Assembly (NCBI GenBank): GCA_964448205.1
Contig: CAYUVU010000129.1
Location: 1 to 50,862 of the forward strand
Origin: an uncultured Acidobacteriota bacterium
Lineage (GTDB): Bacteria; Acidobacteriota; Vicinamibacteria; Marinacidobacterales; Marinacidobacteraceae
DNA length: 50,862 bases
Reading direction: 5' to 3'
Shown: positions 8,374 to 18,585 of the stretch, piece by piece
Position numbering within the stretch: position 1 is the first letter of the stretch
How the letters are laid out: the number at the start of each line of letters is the position of its first letter
The notes under the pieces: generated by a model
What the model was told of the DNA's origin: nothing
Seen by the model: only the letters and a program-made list of their open reading frames with translations
The model's database searches: none
Program-made: the position numbers and the translations under genes

Positions 8374-8598
8374 AGTTGTTCGGGAGCGAAGAAAGGGAGG
8401 CTGGCGGCCCGGAGGTTGCTTGCCTCCCAGGCCCGATCCGAAGCGGGCCGTGAGAAGCCGTACCTCGTGCAGATCGCTCAGTGGCTCGGCTGCGGATCCG
8501 ATGCCGAACAAGGCTGACTCGCGGCCCGCGGACCGCTCCTGCCGCACCGGCGCTTCGGGCGGCCCCGTGGCGCGGCGTCAGCCTGCCCCGGTGGGCTC

Positions 8599-8607
8599 TG
8601 GTAAACT
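8599..8607 (+). promoter_or_regulatory. Candidate extended -10 (TGGTAAACT) for pyrG
   Basis: TGnTAAACT lies 43 nt upstream of the pyrG TTG start. No good -35 is present. Confidence 0.3.
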
Positions 8608-8649
8608 CATGTCCCGCATGGCGGGCATCCGGGACCGGGCGGCAACGGC

Positions 8650-10314
8650 TTGAGCCTTCCCCCTCTCCCCGCCAAGACGCGCTTTCTCTTCGTCACGGGC
8701 GGAGTGATCTCCTCGCTGGGGAAAGGCATCGCGTCCGCCTCCATCGGGCGCCTGCTGAAGTCGCAGGGGTACTCGGTCACTTTCCTCAAGTTCGACCCGT
8801 ATCTGAACGTGGATCCGGGCACCATGAGCCCGTACCAGCACGGCGAGGTCTTCGTGACGCACGACGGAGCCGAGACGGATCTCGACGTGGGGCACTACGA
8901 GCGCTTTACCGGCAACGCGTTCTCGGCCCTCTCGAACGTCACCAGCGGCCAGATCTACGAGACCGTGATCGAGCGGGAGCGGCAGGGCGGCTACCTGGGA
9001 GCGACCGTCCAGGTGATTCCCCACGTGACCGACGAGATCAAGCACCGCCTGATCGCGGTCGCCGGCGACGCCGACGTGGTCATCGTCGAGATCGGTGGAA
9101 CCGTCGGTGACATCGAGGGGCAGCCCTTTCTCGAGGCGGCGCGGCAGTTCCGGCTCGACGTGGGACCGGCCCGGGTCTGTTTCCTGCACCTGACGCTCGT
9201 CCCCATGATCGCCACCGCCGGCGAATACAAGACCAAACCCACCCAGCACAGCGTCCGGGAGTTGCGGGCGATCGGAATCCAGCCCGACGTGCTGCTGTGC
9301 CGCGCCCGGGAGGGCCTCCCCGCCGAGGTCAAGGCCAAGATCGGACTCCATACCTCGGTTGCTTCGGACGCCGTCTTCACCGCGGTGGACGCGCGATCGG
9401 TGTACGAGGTTCCGCTCAACCTGGCGGCCGAGGGCGTGGACAGCCGGATCCTCGACCACTTCCAGCTTCCGTCCCGGGAACGGGACCTGACGGACTGGAA
9501 GGACCTGGTCCGGCGTCTCAGGACCGGTTCCCGGGATGTCCGGATCGGAGTGGTCGGGAAGTACGTCGAACTCGAGGACTCCTACAAGAGCCTCAGCGAG
9601 GCGCTGGTGCACGGCGGAGTTCCCCATGACGCGCGCGTCGAGATTCGCTGGGTGGAGGCCGAGAGCCTCCAGGACGGAGACCTCTCCCAACTCGACGACT
9701 GCGACGGCATCCTGGTGCCGGGCGGATTCGGATCGCGAGGCACCGAGGGAATGGCGCGGGCCGCTGGACGGGCACGCGTCGAGCGCGTGCCGTTCTTCGG
9801 AATCTGCTACGGATTCCAGTGGGCGGTGGTGGAGTTCGCGCGCTCCGAGTGCGGACTCGACGGGGCGAGCACGCAGGAACTCAACCCGGATGCGGAACAC
9901 CAGGTCTTCCAGTTGCTGCGCAATCTCGAAGGCGCGGAACCGATGGGAGGAACCATGCGGGTGGGGGCGGTGACCTGCATCCTCCGGGAGGGTTCGCTCG
10001 CCGCGCGCACGTACGGCAGCACCAGGATCAGCGAGCGCCATCGGCACCGCTACGAGTTCGAGCAGGGTTACACGGAAATCGTGGAGTCCCGGGGAATGAA
10101 GTTCTCCGGTTTCACCGAGGACGGGTTCTACGAAATCGCCGAGATTCCCGACCATCCCTGGTTCCTGGCCGTCCAGTTCCATCCGGAGTTCCAGTCGAAC
10201 CCGCTCCGCCCGCACCCCCTCTTCAGCGACTTCATCGGAGCGGCCCTCGAGAAGCGGGAGCAGCGCTCCCGGGCCCCGCTGCCGGCCTCGCCGGACGCCG
10301 TTTCGGCCGGCTGA
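8650..10314 (+). CDS. pyrG: CTP synthase
   Basis: FVTGGVISSLGKG synthetase N-terminus and GICYGFQ glutamine amidotransferase motif. TTG start. Confidence 0.95.
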   Translation: MSLPPLPAKTRFLFVTGGVISSLGKGIASASIGRLLKSQGYSVTFLKFDPYLNVDPGTMSPYQHGEVFVTHDGAETDLDVGHYERFTGNAFSALSNVTSGQIYETVIERERQGGYLGATVQVIPHVTDEIKHRLIAVAGDADVVIVEIGGTVGDIEGQPFLEAARQFRLDVGPARVCFLHLTLVPMIATAGEYKTKPTQHSVRELRAIGIQPDVLLCRAREGLPAEVKAKIGLHTSVASDAVFTAVDARSVYEVPLNLAAEGVDSRILDHFQLPSRERDLTDWKDLVRRLRTGSRDVRIGVVGKYVELEDSYKSLSEALVHGGVPHDARVEIRWVEAESLQDGDLSQLDDCDGILVPGGFGSRGTEGMARAAGRARVERVPFFGICYGFQWAVVEFARSECGLDGASTQELNPDAEHQVFQLLRNLEGAEPMGGTMRVGAVTCILREGSLAARTYGSTRISERHRHRYEFEQGYTEIVESRGMKFSGFTEDGFYEIAEIPDHPWFLAVQFHPEFQSNPLRPHPLFSDFIGAALEKREQRSRAPLPASPDAVSAG

Positions 10315-10340
10315 TCCGGCGCCGGGACACTCGGTCTCCC

Positions 10341-10931
10341 GTGCCCAGTGAGGACTCCGGCGGTTCCGCCGCGGGCCGGCCGGCCGCGGGGCGCGGGAGC
10401 GATCCGCTCTCCCGGCGGCTCGCCGCCATCGAGGCGGTCCTGCTCGACGTGGACGGCGTGCTCACCGACGGCACCTTCGAGCCGGGCGATGAGGACGCCG
10501 GAATCCCCGAGCGGAAGCGCTTCCATTCCCGGGACGGCCTCGGCCTCGTCATGGCGAAGAAGAGCGGCCTGCGCCTGGGTTTCGTGACCGGCCGCCGGTC
10601 GGGAGCGGTGCGAGGGCGCGCCTCGGAACTGTCGCTCGACTACCTCCGCGAAGGTTGTTTCGACAAGGGACCCGCTTTCGACGAAGCCTGCGCCACCTTC
10701 GGCCTGCTCCCGGAGCAGGTCGCCTTCGTGGGCGACGACGTGCAGGACCTGCCGGCGCTGCGGAAGGCCGGCTTCGCCGCCGCTCCCGCCGACGCCCATC
10801 CCGCCGTGCTCGAATGCGTGCACTTCGTCGCCGACGCCCCCGGAGGGCGGGGCGCGGTCCGCCAGATCATCGAGCGGATCCTGGAAGCGCGCGGACAGCT
10901 CGACGCCGCCCTCTACCGCTTCTGGGGCTGA
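10341..10931 (+). CDS. kdsC: KDO 8-phosphate phosphatase-like HAD-IIIA hydrolase
   Basis: VLLDVDGVLTDG (HAD motif I) and GDDVQDLPALRKAGFAAAPADA. The track ORF 9819..10931 was trimmed to the first start after the pyrG stop (GTG 10341). Confidence 0.75.
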   Translation: MPSEDSGGSAAGRPAAGRGSDPLSRRLAAIEAVLLDVDGVLTDGTFEPGDEDAGIPERKRFHSRDGLGLVMAKKSGLRLGFVTGRRSGAVRGRASELSLDYLREGCFDKGPAFDEACATFGLLPEQVAFVGDDVQDLPALRKAGFAAAPADAHPAVLECVHFVADAPGGRGAVRQIIERILEARGQLDAALYRFWG

Positions 10932-10932
10932 G

Positions 10933-11538
10933 TCAGGAGGCGGCGCGAGCGAGGAGTCCCTGGGCCACCGCGGCGGCGGCCGCCTCCGTCTCCTCCACAG
11001 TTCCCGAGGCATCCACCAGGTCGTCGGCGCGCCGGGCCTTCTCGAGTGGATCCATCTGGGCCGCGAGCCGGAGGCGCGCCTCCTCCACGCTCATGCCGGA
11101 TCGCGCGGTGAGACGCTCGAACTGCTGCTCGGGGCGGCAGACCACGACGACCAGCCGGTCGTAGTTGGCGGCGCTGCCGGTCTCCACCATGAGCGCGGCT
11201 TCGACGCCGGCAACCCGCCGGCCCTCCGCTTCGCGCTGCTCGAGGAATGTCGCGATCCGCTGCCAGATCCGAGGATGCACGACCCCGTTCAGCCATTCGC
11301 GCTCCGCCGGGTCCGCGAAGACGCGCGCGCCCAGTGTCTTCCGGTCGATTCCTCCGTCCGGATCGACCACCTCACTCCCGAAATGCCCGGCGACCTTATC
11401 CACGAGCTCCCCTCCCGGGGCGAAGAACTCGTGGGTCAGCGCATCGGCGTCGAGCATGGGGATCCCGGCGCGCTCGAACACCCGCCGGACCGTGGTCTTT
11501 CCCGAGGCGATCCCGCCGGTGAGCCCGATCCGAAGCAC
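10933..11538 (-). CDS. coaE: Dephospho-CoA kinase
   Basis: IGLTGGIASGKTT P-loop at the N-terminus. Length 201 aa. GTG start. Confidence 0.9.
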   Translation of the reverse strand: MLRIGLTGGIASGKTTVRRVFERAGIPMLDADALTHEFFAPGGELVDKVAGHFGSEVVDPDGGIDRKTLGARVFADPAEREWLNGVVHPRIWQRIATFLEQREAEGRRVAGVEAALMVETGSAANYDRLVVVVCRPEQQFERLTARSGMSVEEARLRLAAQMDPLEKARRADDLVDASGTVEETEAAAAAVAQGLLARAAS

Positions 11539-11548
11539 GGGAACCGTC

Positions 11549-12472
11549 TTACCCGGCGGACTGGCGCGCCACCGCCAGCGCGACGGTGTTCGCGAGCAGC
11601 ATCGCGATGGTGAGCGGCCCGACGCCGCCCGGCACCGGGGTATAGGCCGACGACCTTTCCCGCATCGCCACCGGATGGACGTCGCCGACCAGCGTGTAGC
11701 CGTTCCTGCGGAACCGGGCCAACCGTTTGTCGTCGTCTCCGAAGAAATCGCGCACCTGCTCTTCGGTCTCGGCGCGGTTCATCCCCACGTCCACGACGAC
11801 GGCACCCTCGCGGATGGCGTCCGCTCTCACCATCGCGGGCCGGCCGATCGCGGTGCAGAGGATGTCGGCCTCGCGGCAGACGGCGGGGAGGTCGCGGGTC
11901 CGCGAGTGACAGACGGTGACCGTGGCGTGCTGGTGGAGGAGGAGCAGCGCCAACGGCTTGCCCACGATGTCGCTTCTCCCGACGACCACCGCGCGGGAGC
12001 CCTTCACCTGAATTCCCTCACGGCGGAACATCTCCATGATTCCCGCCGGCGTACACGGGCACGGGCCGGGAAGGCCGGCAACCAGCCGGCCCACGTTCTC
12101 GGGGTGAAAGCCGTCCACGTCCTTCTCCGGACGAATCCGGGCCAGGAACTCCGACGCGTCGAGGCCGTCCGGGAGCGGGAGCTGGAGCAGGATGGCATCC
12201 ACCGCCTCGTCCCGGTTCAGCCGGTCGAGCAGGCCGGCCAGCTCGGAGGCCGTCGTGGTGGCGGGCAGGCGGTGGGTCTCGGAGGCGATCCCCGCTTCCC
12301 GCGACGCCTTGATCTTGCCCCGCACGTAGATCGCCGACGCCGGATCGTCGCCGACGAGCACAACCGCCAGGCCGGGCGGACGCCCCGAGCGCGCGAACTC
12401 CCGAGCCGCCTCGGCGGCGTCGGCCCGAATCGCGGCGCCGATCTTCTTTCCGTCCAGGATCCTTCCGGGCAT
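11549..12472 (-). CDS. folD: Bifunctional methylene-THF dehydrogenase / methenyl-THF cyclohydrolase
   Basis: ILDGKKIG...VVLVGDDPASAIYVRGK...ILLQLPLP are typical FolD motifs. The ATG overlaps the thiE stop by 1 nt (TGATG). Confidence 0.95.
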   Translation of the reverse strand: MPGRILDGKKIGAAIRADAAEAAREFARSGRPPGLAVVLVGDDPASAIYVRGKIKASREAGIASETHRLPATTTASELAGLLDRLNRDEAVDAILLQLPLPDGLDASEFLARIRPEKDVDGFHPENVGRLVAGLPGPCPCTPAGIMEMFRREGIQVKGSRAVVVGRSDIVGKPLALLLLHQHATVTVCHSRTRDLPAVCREADILCTAIGRPAMVRADAIREGAVVVDVGMNRAETEEQVRDFFGDDDKRLARFRRNGYTLVGDVHPVAMRERSSAYTPVPGGVGPLTIAMLLANTVALAVARQSAG

Positions 12473-13201
12473 CAGTTTCTCCTCAGGTCTTCGTTTGACG
12501 AATTCTCGCAGTCTGCCTCCGGCCGGGACCCGGCCGCGGCCAGCAAGGCCCGAGCCTGGTCCGCGATCTCGCGGGGCGAGTCGCCGGACACCGCCGCGAT
12601 CGCCGCGGCCGCATCGGCGCCGGCGGCGAGGACCGAACGGATCCGCGCCCGGCTGATTCCTCCGATCGCGATCAGCGGTCCTCCGTAGCGCGCCCGCGCC
12701 TCCCGGACGCCGGACAGCGACACCACCGGGGCGGAGTCGGCCTTGGTCGCGGTATCGAACACGGGTCCCACGGCGACATAGTCAGCCGGTTCGCGGCTGG
12801 CGCGTTCCAGCTCGGCGGGGGTGTGGGTCGAGAGGCCGATGACCGCGCGCGGTCCGAGCAGGCGGCGGGCCACCCGCACCGACACGTCGTCCTGCCCGAG
12901 ATGGACCCCGCCGGCGCCGGTCAGCAACGCAACGTCGGCGCGGTCATTCACCACGACGTGGACGCCGCACCCCGCGGCGCCGCGAACGCCCGCGGACACC
13001 CAGGACACGAAGGCGCCGGCGGGCAGTCCCTTCCCCCGAAGCTGGACGATCCGGATCCCGGCCGCTCCCAGCGCACGAAGCACCGGGCCGGGGTCCCGAT
13101 CGCCGAAGACGCCGGCGTCCACGATGGGATAGACCGGGCTGGCCGCCAGGAAGGGCCGGGAACACCAGGACGCGGCCGTCTCGAAAACGCTCGCGTCCCG
13201 A

Positions 13202-14536
<1,335 letters not shown>

Positions 14537-14572
14537 GTCAGCGGCCTGTGAACAGCGTCACGCGGCGCCCGT

Positions 14573-15034
14573 TCAGGCTGGCCGGATCGCGAAGAGCCGG
14601 TCGCCGAACTGGACCGCGGAGCCGTCCTCGGGGAGGATCTCGACGACCTCCCCGCTGTGCTCGGCCTCGATGTTGTTCATCAGCTTCATCGCCTCGATGA
14701 TGCAGAGCACCTGCCCCTTGCGGACGCGGTCTCCCACGCTGACGAACGGCTCCGCGTCCGGCCGCGGACGACGGTAGAAGGTCCCCACCATCGGTGCGGT
14801 CACGGTCTCCAGGCCGGACGCGGCCGCGTCCGCCGATCCATCGTCAACGGGCGCCGGGGGAGCGGCCACCGGGGCCGGGACAGCGGCGGCAACCGTTGCC
14901 GCCGGCCCGCGGGCGACGCGCAGACGGGCTCCGCCGACGCGGAGATCGACCTCGTGGAACTCCGTTCCGGCGAGCTGGTCCAGAGCTCCGAGCAGATCGG
15001 CGAGAGTGGGCTCTTTGGACGAAGATGCGGGCAC
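14573..15034 (-). CDS. accB: Biotin carboxyl carrier protein
   Basis: CIIEAMKLMNNIEA biotinylation motif, with an Ala/Pro linker. GTG start. Confidence 0.9.
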   Translation of the reverse strand: MPASSSKEPTLADLLGALDQLAGTEFHEVDLRVGGARLRVARGPAATVAAAVPAPVAAPPAPVDDGSADAAASGLETVTAPMVGTFYRRPRPDAEPFVSVGDRVRKGQVLCIIEAMKLMNNIEAEHSGEVVEILPEDGSAVQFGDRLFAIRPA

Positions 15035-15138
15035 GAACGGCAGCGGGGCTTGGCCCGCAACGCCCGGAACGGTAACACAACGCGGGCAACGCCCTGGCGG
15101 CCGGAAGCGCGTCTTCGGCCGTGCCCCAACCGATCCGT

Positions 15139-16914
15139 TCAGGGCGCCGGCCGGGACCCGTTGGCGGCGCGGATTCGCGGGGTGAGGAAGATGAGCAGTT
15201 CCTCATCCCGGTGGTTCCGCTCGCGCGACCGGAACAGGTGTCCCAGGAGGGGAATCCGGTGCAGGCCGGGAACCCGGCCGCGGTCCTGCGACTGCTGGCT
15301 GGCGAAGACGCCTCCCAGGACCGTCGTCGCCCCGTCGTCGACCCGGACCCGGGTCGTCGCCTGCTGGGTCAGGATGCTCGGGATGCCTCCCACCGCCTGA
15401 CCGAAGTCGAGCGCGTCGTTGCTGACCGTCAGATCGAGCAGGATCGTCCCTTCGGGACTGACCTGCGGCGTCACCGTGAGTTCGAGCACCGCGTCCCGGA
15501 ACTGCACCGTGACCGTGTTGTTGGCCACCACCTGGACCGGGAAGGTCACGCCCTGCTTGATCGTCGCGGGCCGCGCGTTCTGGGCGACGATCCGGGGAGC
15601 CGACAGGATCCTCACCTCACCCCGGCGTTCGGCGGCGCTCAGGGCCAGATCGAGATGGGCGGCGCCGTTCAGGGCTCCCAGCGCAAGCCCCAGCGCCCCG
15701 GCGGGAGCCCCGCTGATGGGGAGGTTGACGCCGTAGCCCCGCCGCTCGCCGTCCTGGTTCGCGGCGGCCGCCACTCCCCCGGCCGGCGCGCCGGTCGAAA
15801 ACGACGAGGTGGCGCCCCCGATGGCGTCCGCTCCGATGCGTACGGACTGCGGCAGCTTCTTGCCCGTGTGTTCGCGCACCAGTCCCCCGCCCCACTGGAT
15901 TCCCAGCCGGCTGGTCAGCGTTCGCGTCGCCAGCACGATGCGCGCCTCGATCTCCACGCCCGGTACCGGAATGTCGAGCAGGTCCAGCACCGACTCGATC
16001 TCGCGGACCCGGCTCTCCACGTCCGCCACCAGAACGGTCCCGGTGCGTTGATCGGCGATGAGGGAACCCCGCTCGCTCAGGCGGCTTTCGAGCATCTCCT
16101 TCACCTCCTCCGGACGCACGAACGCCAGGCTGCGGCTGAACGTCATCAGTTCACCGGCCAGTTCCCGCGCTTCCCGCTGCCGCCGCCGCTCGTCGATCTC
16201 GGCCGCCAGTTCGTCCGCCGGACCCACCCGTAGCACCCCGTCCTCGAGCGCGTGCCCGAGCCGCTGGGACCGGAGGATCAGCTCGAGCGCCTGTTCCCAG
16301 GGAATCTCGCTCAGCCGCAGGGAAACGCGGCCGGCGACGCCGGGTTGCAGCACGAAGTCGAGCCCGCTCACCTCGCTCAGGATGCGGAGGACGTCCCGGA
16401 GGTCCGCGTCCCGAAAATCGAGGCTGACCCGTGGTCCGGCCCCGGGCTCGGCGGGAACGTCCGGTTCGTCTTCTCCGGATGGCGCGGGCGGGGCCCGGCA
16501 GGCGACCTCCAGACCGCCTTCGAACAGGGAAGGCGTGCAGGTGACCCCCGGGGCGGCGACCACCTCGATGCCCTCGCTTCCGTCGGCGGAAACCCGCACC
16601 TCCAGGACTTCCGCGCTTCCCGTCCCCCAGGACCCCGCCACCGCCGAGAGATCGACACCGGGCATCACCACCCGGAACCGGTCCCGCAACGGCGCATCCG
16701 CCGGAGCGCTCAGTTTCCCGTCCGCGGTCAGCCGGAGAACGGTTGCCCCGGGGCCCGGATCCACCTCCAACGCGGTGACCGCCGGCCGGGACGCGGTCAC
16801 CAGGACCTGCGGGGGCTGGGACCCGGCCGCGGCGACCGGACGGGCCGGCGAGGCCGCGAGAACGGCGAGGACGCCGACGCAGGCGCTCCCCGCGAGCTTC
16901 TTCACTGGTTGCAT
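15139..16914 (-). CDS. pilQ: Type IV pilus secretin
   Basis: Signal peptide MQPVKKLAGSACVGVLAVLAA, an AMIN-like N-terminus, and a secretin C-terminus (...ILSAPRIVAQN...VPGLHRIPLLGHLFRS). The track ORF 15139..17448 was trimmed to ATG 16914, which overlaps the pilP stop (ATGA). Confidence 0.9.
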   Translation of the reverse strand: MQPVKKLAGSACVGVLAVLAASPARPVAAAGSQPPQVLVTASRPAVTALEVDPGPGATVLRLTADGKLSAPADAPLRDRFRVVMPGVDLSAVAGSWGTGSAEVLEVRVSADGSEGIEVVAAPGVTCTPSLFEGGLEVACRAPPAPSGEDEPDVPAEPGAGPRVSLDFRDADLRDVLRILSEVSGLDFVLQPGVAGRVSLRLSEIPWEQALELILRSQRLGHALEDGVLRVGPADELAAEIDERRRQREARELAGELMTFSRSLAFVRPEEVKEMLESRLSERGSLIADQRTGTVLVADVESRVREIESVLDLLDIPVPGVEIEARIVLATRTLTSRLGIQWGGGLVREHTGKKLPQSVRIGADAIGGATSSFSTGAPAGGVAAAANQDGERRGYGVNLPISGAPAGALGLALGALNGAAHLDLALSAAERRGEVRILSAPRIVAQNARPATIKQGVTFPVQVVANNTVTVQFRDAVLELTVTPQVSPEGTILLDLTVSNDALDFGQAVGGIPSILTQQATTRVRVDDGATTVLGGVFASQQSQDRGRVPGLHRIPLLGHLFRSRERNHRDEELLIFLTPRIRAANGSRPAP

Positions 16915-17363
16915 CACTCCTCCTCGGGAGCCGCCGGCTGCGCGAGCGGCCGATGGACGGGGCGGTCCGGATCGCCCGCCAGCCAGAAGACGACGCCATC
17001 CGCATCGATCCGCCCCACAACCCCGTCCAGCAGGCGAGCGCCGGGCGCCGCGACGAATCCCTCGCCGGTGGGGGACTCGAGAATCGCCCAGCCCGGCGAA
17101 CCGGGGCCGGCCTCGGGACGCGGACGGGTCCGGAGCCTCACGACGCCCCGAACCACGGCTTCGGTCACCCCGATACCGGCAAGCCCCGGCAATCGCGGCG
17201 CCGCGGGTCCGGCCCCCGACGCGCGGAACGGATCGCGCACCGATTGCGGCTCCCCCTGCTGCCCCGCCGGGAGAAGCCGGGCGCCGGTCGCGGCCGCCTG
17301 CCCGAGTCCGACGAATCCGGCCGCCACGAGGAACACCGCGCCCCCTGAACATCCACGCATCAT
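16914..17363 (-). CDS. pilP: PilP-like pilus assembly protein
   Basis: 149 aa with a signal/lipoprotein-like N-terminus (MMRGCSGGAVFLVAAG). It sits between pilO and pilQ. The ATG overlaps the pilO stop (ATGA). The call rests mainly on position. Confidence 0.6.
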   Translation of the reverse strand: MMRGCSGGAVFLVAAGFVGLGQAAATGARLLPAGQQGEPQSVRDPFRASGAGPAAPRLPGLAGIGVTEAVVRGVVRLRTRPRPEAGPGSPGWAILESPTGEGFVAAPGARLLDGVVGRIDADGVVFWLAGDPDRPVHRPLAQPAAPEEE

Positions 17364-17968
17364 CGCGCTGCACTCCCGGGCGGCGGCTCCTCCGGCCCGG
17401 CCCCGCCGGTGACGGAATCCTCCACCGCCCGCATGGTGACCGCGACAAAGCGACACTGGAGGAGATCGCCGGGCGTCCGTTCGAACGCCACCTCTTCCAT
17501 CAGGACCAGGTGCGGCGACAACGAGACCGCGTCGAAGAAACCAAGGAAATCGACGAATGCGCCCTCGGCGACGATCGACACGGCGCTCGCGAGGTATCCG
17601 TCCAGTCGGTACCCGGGCTCGGGCGCAAACCGCAGGAACCGGATTCCCGCCGCCGAGGCGGCCGCACCGAGCGACTCCAGGACGGCCTCCGACTCGCCGG
17701 CGGTGGCCAGGGTCCCGCGAAGCGCCGCGACGCGCTCCCCGACGCCCCTCAGTTCCCCGGCAAGGACGGCGGCCTCCCCGGCATCCGGCCCCGACGGCGC
17801 GTCCCTCCCCGCAGAGGCCGGCGTCGCCAACCGGGCCAACTCTTCCTCGACCCGCTGCGCTTCCCCGACGATCCCCGGCCGCACCCCGAATCGATACCCC
17901 GCGCAGGCAGCGGCGACCACCGCCAGGACCGACCCGGCGCCCGCCCACCGGAACGCGCGGCGCCTCAC
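17360..17968 (-). CDS. pilO: PilO-like pilus assembly protein
   Basis: 202 aa with one N-terminal TM segment (WAGAGSVLAVVAAACAGY), then a coiled segment and an alpha/beta domain. The GTG start overlaps the pilN stop (GTGA). The call rests on position and architecture. Confidence 0.6.
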   Translation of the reverse strand: MRRRAFRWAGAGSVLAVVAAACAGYRFGVRPGIVGEAQRVEEELARLATPASAGRDAPSGPDAGEAAVLAGELRGVGERVAALRGTLATAGESEAVLESLGAAASAAGIRFLRFAPEPGYRLDGYLASAVSIVAEGAFVDFLGFFDAVSLSPHLVLMEEVAFERTPGDLLQCRFVAVTMRAVEDSVTGGAGPEEPPPGSAAR

Positions 17969-18585
17969 CGGGACCTCTCGACGTGCCCGGGCAGCACTTC
18001 GATCCGCTCGAAGGGCTCCGGTTCCCGGGACTCGTAGCGGAGCGATCCGGCAAACGCGAATCGCTGTTCCGCGGAGCCCGCCGCCTCGCCGGCCCGCTCG
18101 ACCCAGAGCAGCTCCAGTCCCTCGGTCCTCTCGATCTTCCCGAAGGCATCCAGCGTTCTGGCGACCACTTCGGCCGAATCCGCCCGTCCGCTCACCCGAA
18201 GCTCCGAACCGTTCCGGCGCACCGCATCGAGGATCGCGGCGTCCGGGATCGCGGCCCCCAGCGCCCGGAGCAGTTCGGGGAGCAAAGACCGCTCCTCGTC
18301 CCAGCGGGCGAGGCGGGCTTCCTCGATCCGCAGCCGCCGGAGCCGGTCGCGGTCCCGCACGAGCCGTTCTTCGAGGCCGCGGCGTTCGGCCGCCAGGACC
18401 CGCAGGCGGTCCCGCTCGGTGCGCGCGGCCTCCAGACGCGTGGTGAGGAAGCGGACGTCCAGTCCCACGCCCGCCAGCGCGAGGCCGACGAGGAACACGC
18501 CACCCACTGCCCGAACGCGCCCCGGGACACCAGCGCGCCCGGCGCTCCGCCGGGACCGCGGGGCGTCCGCGGGCAGGAGGTTCAT
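17965..18585 (-). CDS. pilN: PilN-like pilus assembly protein
   Basis: MNLLPAD... conserved N-terminal peptide, a single TM segment (VGGVFLVGLALAGV) and a coiled coil. The ATG overlaps the pilM stop (ATGA). Confidence 0.65.
   Translation of the reverse strand: MNLLPADAPRSRRSAGRAGVPGRVRAVGGVFLVGLALAGVGLDVRFLTTRLEAARTERDRLRVLAAERRGLEERLVRDRDRLRRLRIEEARLARWDEERSLLPELLRALGAAIPDAAILDAVRRNGSELRVSGRADSAEVVARTLDAFGKIERTEGLELLWVERAGEAAGSAEQRFAFAGSLRYESREPEPFERIEVLPGHVERSR

Noticed and set aside
8333-8649. A housekeeping structured RNA (tRNA, SRP RNA, RNase P, tmRNA, 6S) in the 317-nt gap.
   Set aside because: Neither strand contains the conserved cores I know, namely GGAAAGUCCGG for RNase P, the AGGUCAGGUCCGGAAGGAAGCAGCC-like SRP helix 8, the tmRNA tag ORF or a tRNA cloverleaf.
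9819-10931. Track ORFs that extend real genes far upstream. Examples: 9819..10931, 12472..13518, 21070..21978, 21645..23171, 22253..23800, 24268..25629, 2787..4304, 16914..18149, 17360..18772, 17965..19809, 37067..40396, 39759..43070, 43566..44312, 47238..48881 and 48322..49653.
   Set aside because: The N-terminal extensions overlap the preceding conserved gene in another frame and are low-complexity. Each was trimmed to the first start after, or overlapping, the upstream stop.
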